Shown here piece by piece: positions 37,729-46,416 of a DNA stretch of 54,639 bases. Both the position numbers and the translations under genes were made by a program. The stretch covers positions 1-54,639 of the forward strand of contig JAURHO010000001.1 of assembly GCA_030833265.1 (NCBI GenBank), written 5' to 3'. This DNA comes from Crocinitomicaceae bacterium. GTDB taxonomy: Bacteria > Bacteroidota > Bacteroidia > Flavobacteriales_D > Crocinitomicaceae. Below the pieces are notes generated by a model. It had not been told where the DNA came from and searched no databases. It saw nothing but the letters and a program-made list of their open reading frames with translations. Within the stretch, counting starts at the first letter, position 1, and the number at the start of each line of letters is the position of its first letter.

Positions 37729-38376
37729 TTATTCAAATTGAATCCTCAACGGGAAAGTAAATTCAGAAACGACACTTTGACCATGCTCATCTTTTGCTGG
37801 CATCCAGTTTGGCATGGCAATTAAAGTGTTCTTTAGTCGGCTCTTTAATATTTCCATTTGTGGATCGGTGAACTTTAAAAAAGTAACCTCTCTCACTTTG
37901 CCTTTTGTATCGATGAGCAAACGTATATAAATTTTACCCTCGACACCCAACTCCTTGAGGTAAGACCATTCTGTGCTATTGGCAATTTTGTGGTCAATAA
38001 ATTTGAATAATTCATCCGGATGATTACCATAGAAGGCTGCTGCGAATGGAAAACTGACAATGCTGTCGTGGATTGTTTTTGGAGCTACAACTAGTATTTC
38101 TGGGTCAGGTGGTTCGGGAATGTAACCCGTTGGATCTATTGGTTCTGGATCAGGAAAAGGAGGTTCTGGATCAATAGGGCATGGTGCCGGTAGAAATTCG
38201 CTGTAAATTACTTTGTGTTGATTGTTGCGCTTCAAAGTCATATCCATTTCCTTGTTTTTAACCAGAGACTGCTTTTTATCTGGTTTGACATGGCGTTTCA
38301 CGACAGGTTTTTGATCTTCCTCACATGAAGAAAAAACGCAAAAACAAATCAGGATAACGTAACATATTTGCCTCAT
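37729..38376 (-). CDS. Lipoprotein with Pro-rich spacer and TonB-C-terminal-like domain
   Basis: Chosen start MRQICYVILICFCVFSSC (lipobox). Pro/Glu spacer PEPPFPDPEPIDPTGYIPEPPDPE. C-terminal ~90 aa with a TonB_C-like pattern (GKIYIRLLIDTKGKV...MPNWMPA...G.SV). It lacks the N-terminal TM anchor of a true TonB. Confidence 0.6.
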   Translation of the reverse strand: MRQICYVILICFCVFSSCEEDQKPVVKRHVKPDKKQSLVKNKEMDMTLKRNNQHKVIYSEFLPAPCPIDPEPPFPDPEPIDPTGYIPEPPDPEILVVAPKTIHDSIVSFPFAAAFYGNHPDELFKFIDHKIANSTEWSYLKELGVEGKIYIRLLIDTKGKVREVTFLKFTDPQMEILKSRLKNTLIAMPNWMPAKDEHGQSVVSEFTFPLRIQFE

Positions 38377-38419
38377 GAGAATACCTTTGAAACAAAGAAC
38401 GCACAAACAATTGAATCCT

Positions 38420-38427
38420 TACCTTTG
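38420..38427 (+). promoter_or_regulatory. Bacteroidota -7 promoter motif TACCTTTG upstream of ispG
   Basis: Exact match 18 nt upstream of ATG 38446. Confidence 0.5.
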
Positions 38428-38445
38428 TTAGACTAAAAAAAACAA

Positions 38446-40356
38446 ATGCAACGTTATTGTCTTGACCCCTGGAACCGCACGCGCATACTCACCAAAGAAG
38501 TTCAAATTGGCAGCTTGAAATTGGGAGGGGAAAATTCCATTCGGGTCCAATCCATGACTACCACTGATACCATGGATACCGAAGGCTCCGTTGCACAATC
38601 CGTTCGAATGATTGACGCAGGTTGCGAGCTTGTTAGGCTTACAGCCCCGAGCAAAAACGAAGCCGAGAACTTACAAAACATCAAGGCTGAATTGGTCAAA
38701 AGAGGTTACAACACGCCTTTGGTTGCCGATATCCACTTTACGCCTAACGCGGCTGAAATTGCGGCCAAAATTGTCGAAAAAGTACGCGTGAATCCGGGCA
38801 ACTATGCAGACAAAAAGAAATTTGAAGAAATCGAATTCACCGACGCTAGTTACCAAGCCGAACTCAAACGCATTGAGGAGAAATTTACCCCACTCGTTTT
38901 ACTTTGCAAAGAACACGGCACAGCCATGAGAATTGGCACCAATCACGGTTCTTTATCTGATCGCATTTTGAGTCGTTATGGTGACACGCCTGAAGGCATG
39001 GTTGAGTCAGCACTAGAATTTATTCGCATTTGCGAAAAGCACGACTTTGACCAATTGGTTATCTCCATGAAAGCCAGTAATACGTTGGTTATGGTCCAGG
39101 CCTATCGCCTGCTCATGGCTAAAATGCTCGAACGCGGTACTGTTTATCCTTTACATTTAGGAGTGACCGAAGCTGGCGATGGCGAAGATGGTCGCATCAA
39201 ATCTGCGGTGGGTATTGGTGCGCTATTGGAAGACGGCCTCGGAGACACCATTCGTGTTTCTTTAACCGAAGCACCCGAGGCAGAAATACCAGTTGCCCAA
39301 AAATTAGTCGCAAAATATAACAACTACAATGCTTTTGCTTTTGAAGCGCCAAAAACAGCCCTTCAATACGATCCGTTTAGCTACAATAGAAGAAATAGTG
39401 CTACAATTCACAATATTGGGGGCAAAAATGTTCCAGTTGTTTTAGCAGACTTATCAGGTGTTGCAGCAATCAAACCATCACATTTCTTCGGTTTTGGCTA
39501 TCAATATAGCATACCACTCGATAAATGGAACCTTCAAGATCAAGCTGCAGATTATGTTTATATCGGCAGCAACAAGCTCGATTTTGAAGTACCTGGCACG
39601 CTGGGTATTATTGTAGATTACGACTTTTGGAAAGCAAATTATAGCCAGAAACAGGGCTTCTACCCACTCGTTCTTCCAGAACAACTTCCAGAAATCGACC
39701 CTAATCAGACTTGCTTTTTGCCACTTGAAGCCGAAGACGCGATTCCTAATGAACTTGCCAAGCTTCCAAATCTTTGCATCATTTTAAATACGGCGTTTGA
39801 TAATAAAACACAATTATACCGTCGCTTCTTTTTAGAAATGCAAGAAAAGAATTTACAGCAGCCAGTTATTCTCTCGTATCAATACGAAACGAATGAACTC
39901 GAGCGCTTTCAGCTTTATTCAGGAGCAGATGCAGGCGCCATTTTAATTGATGGCTTTGGAGATGGAATTTGGTTAAATGCCGACTTAGGTGCACAGTACA
40001 TTAACTCCACTTCCTTTGGTATTTTACAAGCTACACGAACCCGTATTTCAAAAACTGAATACATTTCTTGCCCTTCTTGTGGCCGTACTCTTTTTGATTT
40101 ACAGGAAACCACGGCTAAAATTAGACAGCGCACCTCTCATTTGAAGGGTATTAAAATCGGAATTATGGGTTGTATTGTGAACGGCCCCGGTGAAATGGCC
40201 GATGCCGATTATGGCTACGTCGGAACAGGTCCGGGAAAAATCAATCTTTACAAAGAAAAAGAGATTGTCCGTCGCAATATCAACGAAACAGAAGCCGTAG
40301 AAGCGCTTGTGGATCTCATTAGAGAATACGGTGACTGGCTAGAGCCAAAAATTTAA
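38446..40356 (+). CDS. ispG: 4-hydroxy-3-methylbut-2-en-1-yl diphosphate synthase, long form with inserted domain
   Basis: TIM-barrel N-terminal part, a ~270-aa insertion and a C-terminal 4Fe-4S domain with SCPSCGRT and GCIVNGPGE. The 636-aa length matches the plant/Bacteroidota/Chlamydia-type GcpE. A TACCTTTG motif lies at 38420-38427. Confidence 0.95.
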   Translation: MQRYCLDPWNRTRILTKEVQIGSLKLGGENSIRVQSMTTTDTMDTEGSVAQSVRMIDAGCELVRLTAPSKNEAENLQNIKAELVKRGYNTPLVADIHFTPNAAEIAAKIVEKVRVNPGNYADKKKFEEIEFTDASYQAELKRIEEKFTPLVLLCKEHGTAMRIGTNHGSLSDRILSRYGDTPEGMVESALEFIRICEKHDFDQLVISMKASNTLVMVQAYRLLMAKMLERGTVYPLHLGVTEAGDGEDGRIKSAVGIGALLEDGLGDTIRVSLTEAPEAEIPVAQKLVAKYNNYNAFAFEAPKTALQYDPFSYNRRNSATIHNIGGKNVPVVLADLSGVAAIKPSHFFGFGYQYSIPLDKWNLQDQAADYVYIGSNKLDFEVPGTLGIIVDYDFWKANYSQKQGFYPLVLPEQLPEIDPNQTCFLPLEAEDAIPNELAKLPNLCIILNTAFDNKTQLYRRFFLEMQEKNLQQPVILSYQYETNELERFQLYSGADAGAILIDGFGDGIWLNADLGAQYINSTSFGILQATRTRISKTEYISCPSCGRTLFDLQETTAKIRQRTSHLKGIKIGIMGCIVNGPGEMADADYGYVGTGPGKINLYKEKEIVRRNINETEAVEALVDLIREYGDWLEPKI

Positions 40357-40366
40357 CGTGGCTTTT

Positions 40367-42010
40367 TTAGAAGGTGGGGGCGCAATTAAGCTCTATCCAT
40401 TCGTTGCTTTGCGGATGAAAGAAGCCCAAACTTGCTGCATGCAAATGCAAACGGTCAGCTTTTTGACCATACAAATCATCGCCTTTAATTGGGCAGTTTA
40501 ATCCTAAATGATGTGCCGCATGCACACGTAGTTGATGCGTACGACCCGTATGCGGATAAAATAGAATTCTTGTTTGTCCATTTTCAGAAGAAAGTACCTC
40601 GTAGCTGGTGTGGGCAAAACTGCCATGCTCATAGCAGACCAATTGTCTTGGGCGGTCATCGAGGTCTACCCGAAGCGGTAATTTAATCTCACCAGAAGTG
40701 TCCATTAGTATGCCATCTAAAATGGCCATATAGGTCTTCTTTACCTTTCTGAGCACAAATTGGCGTTGCAGGCGCTGATGCATCAACTTTGTTTTTGCCG
40801 CCAACATGATACCGGAAGTCGACATATCTAAGCGATGAACTAAAAGTGGCCCATCTGCATGAGGATAGCGTTTTTTTAAATCCTCTAAGCAATTGGGTTG
40901 AGGGTTCTTACCGGGTACCGATAAATATTCAGGGCTCTTATTTATGGCAACAATCCATTCGTCTTCATAGATGATTTCTAATTCCTTCGCAGGGTGAATG
41001 GCCGTTATAGGATTTGGATCTACGTCAAGCCCCTTAAGCATGTGCCCAAGAATGGGTTCACACTTGCTCTTGCAGGCCGGGTAAAAATGACCATGGATAC
41101 GCACTTCAGAATCTGGAGACATTCCCCACCAAAATTCTGCCATACATATAGGCTTCAAATTATTCAAATAAGCACATTGCAAAAGCTTAGGAGCCGCACA
41201 TTCACCTGCCCCTGCTGGCGGAGAATCAGTAAATAACTCTAGGACATTGACACTTTGACCCAGCGCATTTAAAAAGGTATAGCGCTCAAAAATGCGACGT
41301 TGTAAATCTGCAGAATGTGCTGCGCGCTTAGCTTTTATTTGTGCAAGCTGGTCTTTATATGTGTTTAATTTATTTTGTGCGTCTGCCAATTCCAACTGAG
41401 CTTGTTTCTTGAGCGCCTTAAGTATTCGACTTTCTTGCATGCTTTCAAAACGCAATTGCTCTAGTAGTTTGCCAGCATTTTCAACTGACGTTTGAATAGT
41501 CGCCCTCTGTTGGTCGCGAAACGCTTTTGTGATCTTAATTTGGTGTTGAAACCCTTCTATCTTTTGAGACCATTCTTGCTGTTTGTTCAATATGGCCCTA
41601 CTTAAATTTTGAAAATCAGGCGCCATTTCAATGGCCTCAATTTCCAGCGTGAGTTGATGAATTTCTTGTTCTTCACGTCGAAAAAATCCTTGAGCCTCGA
41701 GTAAATCAAAGACGGGTGGGACAAAGCCAGGGTGTTCATTAGAATTGCCTAGTTTTCCAGAAAAAGCGGCTAAATAACCGAGCTTTCCTTCTTGATTTTG
41801 AACCACTAACACACCAAACATTTTGCCAATGGCTCCTAATCTTTCAGTTCGGTCCAAACCAAAGTCATGTCCAAAATCTGTATTTTCTATGTAGGCTTGT
41901 AAGTCTTTGGCTGCAGCTGCAGCAAGTGGGTGCAGATCGTAATAGAAAGGGAAGGTGAAGCGCTCGGGAAGCGTGTATGTTTGTAGGTCGGCTGCAAGTG
42001 GAATAAACAT
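40367..42010 (-). CDS. RluA-family pseudouridine synthase fused to a ~335-aa N-terminal Cys-motif/coiled-coil domain
   Basis: C-terminal residues ~345-547 carry HRLDMSTSG (catalytic Asp) and HTGRTHQLRVH. N-terminal residues 1-335 are not part of canonical RluA (~220 aa); see findings. Confidence 0.9.
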   Translation of the reverse strand: MFIPLAADLQTYTLPERFTFPFYYDLHPLAAAAAKDLQAYIENTDFGHDFGLDRTERLGAIGKMFGVLVVQNQEGKLGYLAAFSGKLGNSNEHPGFVPPVFDLLEAQGFFRREEQEIHQLTLEIEAIEMAPDFQNLSRAILNKQQEWSQKIEGFQHQIKITKAFRDQQRATIQTSVENAGKLLEQLRFESMQESRILKALKKQAQLELADAQNKLNTYKDQLAQIKAKRAAHSADLQRRIFERYTFLNALGQSVNVLELFTDSPPAGAGECAAPKLLQCAYLNNLKPICMAEFWWGMSPDSEVRIHGHFYPACKSKCEPILGHMLKGLDVDPNPITAIHPAKELEIIYEDEWIVAINKSPEYLSVPGKNPQPNCLEDLKKRYPHADGPLLVHRLDMSTSGIMLAAKTKLMHQRLQRQFVLRKVKKTYMAILDGILMDTSGEIKLPLRVDLDDRPRQLVCYEHGSFAHTSYEVLSSENGQTRILFYPHTGRTHQLRVHAAHHLGLNCPIKGDDLYGQKADRLHLHAASLGFFHPQSNEWIELNCAPTF

Positions 42011-42028
42011 AAAACAAAGGTCAAAAAA

Positions 42029-42050
42029 AAACGCCCTCGTTGGAGGGCGT
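42029..42050 (-). terminator. Rho-independent terminator after the T9SS thioredoxin-like gene
   Basis: Perfect 9-bp stem AACGCCCTC/GAGGGCGTT with a 4-nt loop. On the minus strand it is followed by a run of 9 T. It lies 22 nt downstream of the stop at 42072. It is also flanked by an imperfect T-rich stretch on the plus strand. Confidence 0.85.
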
Positions 42051-42071
42051 TCTTCTTTCTTTTAAAAGAAA

Positions 42072-43628
42072 TTATTTGATCACAACATTTTTAGTTGTTG
42101 TAAGACCTTCTACTGTAACAGATACAATGTAGCTTCCTTTTGCAACGTTTTCAGTTGAGAAAGAAACAACTTGTGTACCGTTAAGGTTAGTCAAGTTTTT
42201 AGTTGCGATAACGCGACCTTGAAGATCCATTAATGCAACTTGGTAATCTGCATTTGTAGCTTCGAAAGAAACATTCAACTCGTCAGATGCTGGGTTAGGG
42301 TAAACATTCATAGCGATTGTTGCTAACTCATCCATTCCTAAAGCACCTGTTTTGAATGCACGTGAATCCATAGAAGCAAATTCAGCTCCAGAAGCAACAG
42401 TTGTTCCGTTAGCATCTACTAAAGAGTAAGCACCGTTACCGTAAGAACAGCAGATACCATCTCCGTAAGCATCATAGATTTCGAAAACATAACATTGGCT
42501 TGGGTTCAAAGTAACAAGTACTGGAGCTTGAACAGTTTGACCTGCTGCGCCAGTTGTCATGTCTGCCCAGCTACCACCACCTTGAGCTACAGTAGCACCT
42601 GTGCTATTCTTGATCGCCCAAGAAGTTTCAGAAGCATAGTAATCAGTAGTGATGTTTACAGTTACATACTGAGAAATAGCGTTAGAAGCATTTGCGATAG
42701 TTGCAGTAGCACCATTGTTTGCAGCTGAAGCATCACCTGCAGTTGTAACAGTAACAGTTAAAGCACCACCAGTAAAGTTAGCGATAGGTGAACAAACCAC
42801 GTTTGCAACACCGTAAGTAGCTAAGTTACCGCTGTAAGTACCTGTAGAAACTGTAGTACCACCTTGTGTGATTGTTACAGTTGCAGCAGTAAGTGCAGTT
42901 GTTCCGTTGTTTTGAATGTCAACAGATGGCGTGTAAGAACCTTCACAATGAACCAAAGAACCTGTGTAGTTCAAAGCAGCAACATCAGTTGGAGCAGATG
43001 CAGGTGGAGGACATGCACTAACAGTAGCATACAACTCAGCACCAGTTAATTGACCAACTTCTTCGATAATGCGGTTAGGGCAAATACGGTAGATTGTTGG
43101 AAAGTAAGCGATGTTGTAATCGTTGTTGATTTGGTTTGCTGAAGCTGAAGCTGGGTTAGCCATTGGGAATTGAACTTGACCAACAGTTGTGTTCAAGATG
43201 TTTGAACCTGCAGGTGAATTTGTAGGTTCAATCCAGTTACCAATTGCACCGCTACCATCTAACATAGTTGCATCAGCAGTAGTTCCGTCTCCTTCGATCC
43301 AGATTACCATTACATCGTTAGTTGTAGAAGAAGCAACACCTGGAGCTCCTGTTGGACCGTGTGCAACATACACTTCATCAAGTGCACCTGAACAATGGTA
43401 AGCCCAACATGGACCACACCAAGTAGCAGAAACATCTAAGAATACAGTGTATCCTTGGTCTAGGTAGTCGTACAATGTGTAAGAACCATTGTTTGTCATA
43501 CCAGCAGTAGCTAACCATGATTGGTTTGCCGTTACTGTAAAGTTTGGAGCAACGCTTCCTGGGGCTAGCTGCGCATTTGCACTAACACCTGCAAGTAGCA
43601 TTGCAGCTGAGAATAATAGTTTTTTCAT
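42072..43628 (-). CDS. T9SS-secreted protein: N-terminal TlpA/ResA-like thioredoxin domain (WCGPC), CARDB-like domain, YGDG module and type-A CTD
   Basis: Signal peptide MKKLLFSAAMLLAGVSANAQ. APNFTV...YTVFLDVSATWCGPCW and the cis-Pro loop YFPTIY. The C-terminal VYPNPASDELNVSF...GSYIVSV...KNVVIK is a Por_Secre_tail-type CTD. Confidence 0.8.
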   Translation of the reverse strand: MKKLLFSAAMLLAGVSANAQLAPGSVAPNFTVTANQSWLATAGMTNNGSYTLYDYLDQGYTVFLDVSATWCGPCWAYHCSGALDEVYVAHGPTGAPGVASSTTNDVMVIWIEGDGTTADATMLDGSGAIGNWIEPTNSPAGSNILNTTVGQVQFPMANPASASANQINNDYNIAYFPTIYRICPNRIIEEVGQLTGAELYATVSACPPPASAPTDVAALNYTGSLVHCEGSYTPSVDIQNNGTTALTAATVTITQGGTTVSTGTYSGNLATYGVANVVCSPIANFTGGALTVTVTTAGDASAANNGATATIANASNAISQYVTVNITTDYYASETSWAIKNSTGATVAQGGGSWADMTTGAAGQTVQAPVLVTLNPSQCYVFEIYDAYGDGICCSYGNGAYSLVDANGTTVASGAEFASMDSRAFKTGALGMDELATIAMNVYPNPASDELNVSFEATNADYQVALMDLQGRVIATKNLTNLNGTQVVSFSTENVAKGSYIVSVTVEGLTTTKNVVIK

Positions 43629-43710
43629 GCGTTAAAATTTAAGTTTGTGTAAATATAAAGAAAATCCGCTCAAGGAAAAAAGCGAAAACCCTAAAACTAA
43701 AAGAAAATTG

Positions 43711-44460
43711 CTATTTTTTCTTGAGTTGTTCTTTGATAAACAACTCAATAGCGCCGACCATAGAAGGTGCTTTAGGATGCGGAGCATGCACATCAAGACG
43801 CAAGTTGTTCTTTAAAACGGCATTTGCCGTAGTAGGCCCAAATGCTGCAATTGCAGTAGTGTTTTGCTTGAAATCTGGGAAGTTTTTAAACAAAGATTCA
43901 ATCCCACCCGGACTAAAGAAAACGAGCATGTCGTAATAAACATCTTCGAGATCTGATAAGTCAGCAGCAACTGTTTTGTAAAGAATTGCTTTAGTAAATG
44001 GAATGTTAAATTTTTCTAACGTTAACGGGATGTTATCGCGAAGAATATCGGTGCAAGGCAAAAGGAATTTTTCGCCTTTTTGTTTTTTCATGAGTTCGGC
44101 CAGCTCTTCTATAGTTTGCTTGCCAAAGAAAATTTTACGCTTGCGGTAAGTAACGTATTTCTGAAGGTAAAGCGCAACGGCCTCTGTAATACAGAAATAT
44201 TTCATGGTGTCTGGCACCTCAAAACGGATGGCTTCTGACATTCTAAAAAAGTGGTCAACAGCTACTTTAGACGTTAAAATAACGGCTGTGTGCTCGCTGA
44301 TATCTATCTTTTGAGTGCGGAATTCTTTTGCATCAACACCTTCTACCTTGATGAAAGGACGGAAATCGATTTTGAGTTTGTATTTATCAGCTAAATCAAA
44401 ATATGGAGATTTGTCACCCTCGGGTTTTGGCTGAGAAACAAGAATGGTTTTAATGGCCAA
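43711..44460 (-). CDS. hemD: Uroporphyrinogen-III synthase
   Basis: 249 aa with ILVSQPKP...SPYFDL at the N terminus and a two-lobe HEM4-like pattern. The position next to a DUF4271-like membrane protein is the arrangement I recall as common in Bacteroidota. Confidence 0.8.
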   Translation of the reverse strand: MAIKTILVSQPKPEGDKSPYFDLADKYKLKIDFRPFIKVEGVDAKEFRTQKIDISEHTAVILTSKVAVDHFFRMSEAIRFEVPDTMKYFCITEAVALYLQKYVTYRKRKIFFGKQTIEELAELMKKQKGEKFLLPCTDILRDNIPLTLEKFNIPFTKAILYKTVAADLSDLEDVYYDMLVFFSPGGIESLFKNFPDFKQNTTAIAAFGPTTANAVLKNNLRLDVHAPHPKAPSMVGAIELFIKEQLKKK

Positions 44461-44480
44461 TTTTTAGAATTTAATGTGTT

Positions 44481-45131
44481 TTAGCTTGTAAACCAGCGCC
44501 ATACAAGAAGCATAGGCAGGATTTCCAAGGCGCAAAGGTACAAAATTAAATAATACCATTCCAAATTTGCTTGCTGCGCAATTCGCCAAGATTTAAAAAT
44601 TCGCCAAACATAAACTAAGCATGAACAAAGTATAAAGGTATTGTTAATCAAGTTGTTGGCTTGTCCGTTGATTGTCCAAAGAAAGGCCAACGCCAGAAAA
44701 ACTAAACCCGTAAAAGACCATACTTGTCTGTTTACTTCAGCAAATGCAGCAGACCACTTCCATTGCCCTACCAGAAAGAGCACTAAACGATAAATAAGCG
44801 ATTGAAAAAGTACCCAAGCACATACAACAACTGCGCTCATTAAAAAGGCTTCTGTCCTCGTGTAAAACTCAGAAACAAATAGATAAACACACAGATTTAA
44901 AGACAAATAAAAATTGACAAAAAATAGCGCTTGTGTCTGTGGGCGCATCTTTTCATCATCAAAGCCAAAGCTTTCAATACGGCTCGTTTTCAGGAATCTG
45001 CGCCAAGACAAACTCAGGGCATTTGGAGTGCTCAGTCTTGCATAGGCAATAAAAGCAAGGGATAGCAGCGATATAAACAGTAAATAACTATTTAATTGTG
45101 AGCCTCTTTCTATTAATTCAAATGATTGCAT
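44481..45131 (-). CDS. Multi-pass membrane protein, DUF4271-like
   Basis: 216 aa with about 6 TM helices, directly upstream of hemD (20-nt gap). Family assignment is by synteny and recall only. A TATTTTTG -7 motif lies at 45149-45156 on the minus strand. Confidence 0.55.
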   Translation of the reverse strand: MQSFELIERGSQLNSYLLFISLLSLAFIAYARLSTPNALSLSWRRFLKTSRIESFGFDDEKMRPQTQALFFVNFYLSLNLCVYLFVSEFYTRTEAFLMSAVVVCAWVLFQSLIYRLVLFLVGQWKWSAAFAEVNRQVWSFTGLVFLALAFLWTINGQANNLINNTFILCSCLVYVWRIFKSWRIAQQANLEWYYLILYLCALEILPMLLVWRWFTS

Positions 45132-45148
45132 ATCCTATTTGCTGAACA

Positions 45149-45156
45149 CAAAAATA
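45149..45156 (-). promoter_or_regulatory. Bacteroidota -7 promoter motif TATTTTTG upstream of the DUF4271-like/hemD unit
   Basis: Plus strand CAAAAATA. 17 nt upstream of ATG 45131. Confidence 0.45.
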
Positions 45157-45194
45157 ATTCAAATTCCAATGCTACAGCTGCACAGATTATTCCT

Positions 45195-45202
45195 TACTTT
45201 TG
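45195..45202 (+). promoter_or_regulatory. Bacteroidota -7 promoter motif TACTTTTG upstream of the acyl-CoA dehydrogenase gene
   Basis: Exact match 15 nt upstream of ATG 45218. Confidence 0.5.
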
Positions 45203-45217
45203 TGCCAAACATCAATC

Positions 45218-46414
45218 ATGAAAACTGATCAATACCAACATCCCGATTATTACAACATGGATGACCTCCTCTCAGACGAGCACAAACTTGTCCGAGATGC
45301 AGCAAGAGCCTGGGTGAAAAAAGAAGTTTCGCCGATCATCGATGAGCATTATGAAAAAGCTACTTTCCCGATGCACATTCTGAGTGGGCTCGGAGAAATT
45401 GGCGCTTTTGGCCCTTACATTCCTGAAGAATATGGCGGCCCTGGCCTCGACCAAATTTCTTATGGGCTCATCATGCAAGAACTCGAGCGCTGTGACTCCG
45501 GTTTGCGTTCAACCGCATCTGTGCAGTCATCATTAGTGATGTATCCTATCTGGAAATATGGTTCAGAAGAGCAAAAATTAAAATACCTACCTAAATTAGC
45601 CACAGGTGAAATGATCGGCTGTTTTGGCTTGACGGAACCAGATTTCGGCTCCAATCCAGGTGGCATGATTACCAATTTCAAAGATGCTGGTGATCACGTC
45701 ATTCTCAATGGTGCTAAAATGTGGATTTCCAATGCGCCTTTTGCACAAATTGCAGTTGTTTGGGCCAAAGATGAAAGTGGTCGCATTCACGGTTTAATCG
45801 TTGAGCGCGGTATGGAAGGCTTCTCAACACCAGAAATGCATGGCAAACTTTCATTGCGTGCTTCTGCCACCGGCGAGCTTATTTTTGACAATGTTAAAGT
45901 TCCTAAATCAAATATTCTTCCAGGTCGTTCAGGTTTGGGTGCGCCTTTGAGCTGCCTTGACTCTGCACGTTTTGGTATCGCATGGGGCGCCTTGGGTGCT
46001 GCCATGGATTGCTATGATCAAGCTTTGCGCTACTCCAAAGAACGCACACAATTCGATGTTCCAATCGGAAGCTTCCAATTGATTCAAAAGAAATTGGCTG
46101 AAATGATTACTGAAATCACCAAAGCACAATTGCTTACTTTACGTCTTGGCCAATTGCGCAACGAAGGTCGTGCAACATCTGCACAAATTTCAATGGCCAA
46201 AAGAAACAATGTAGAAATTGCTTTGAATATTGCACGCGAAGCCAGACAAATACATGGTGGAATGGGTATCACAAGTGAATATTCTATGATGCGCCATATG
46301 GCCAACTTAGAATCTGTCGTAACTTATGAAGGAACTCATGATATTCACCTCCTCATTACAGGAATGGATGTCACCGGAATTCCGGCCTTCACCCGAGAAA
46401 TGCCAAACCTTTAA
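45218..46414 (+). CDS. Acyl-CoA dehydrogenase, glutaryl-CoA-dehydrogenase-like
   Basis: CFGLTEPDFGSNPGGM, KMWISNA and RQIHGGMGIT ACAD motifs. The overall N-terminal pattern resembles GcdH. The start is moved to ATG 45218, because the listed TTG at 45200 lies inside the TACTTTTG motif at 45195-45202. Confidence 0.9.
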   Translation: MKTDQYQHPDYYNMDDLLSDEHKLVRDAARAWVKKEVSPIIDEHYEKATFPMHILSGLGEIGAFGPYIPEEYGGPGLDQISYGLIMQELERCDSGLRSTASVQSSLVMYPIWKYGSEEQKLKYLPKLATGEMIGCFGLTEPDFGSNPGGMITNFKDAGDHVILNGAKMWISNAPFAQIAVVWAKDESGRIHGLIVERGMEGFSTPEMHGKLSLRASATGELIFDNVKVPKSNILPGRSGLGAPLSCLDSARFGIAWGALGAAMDCYDQALRYSKERTQFDVPIGSFQLIQKKLAEMITEITKAQLLTLRLGQLRNEGRATSAQISMAKRNNVEIALNIAREARQIHGGMGITSEYSMMRHMANLESVVTYEGTHDIHLLITGMDVTGIPAFTREMPNL

Positions 46415-46416
46415 TT

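Noticed and set aside
38377-38406. A 10-codon extension (MCVLCFKGIL) of the TonB_C-like lipoprotein.
   Set aside because: The second Met gives a standard lipoprotein signal peptide (MRQICYVILICFCVFSSC). The choice is not certain but has little consequence.
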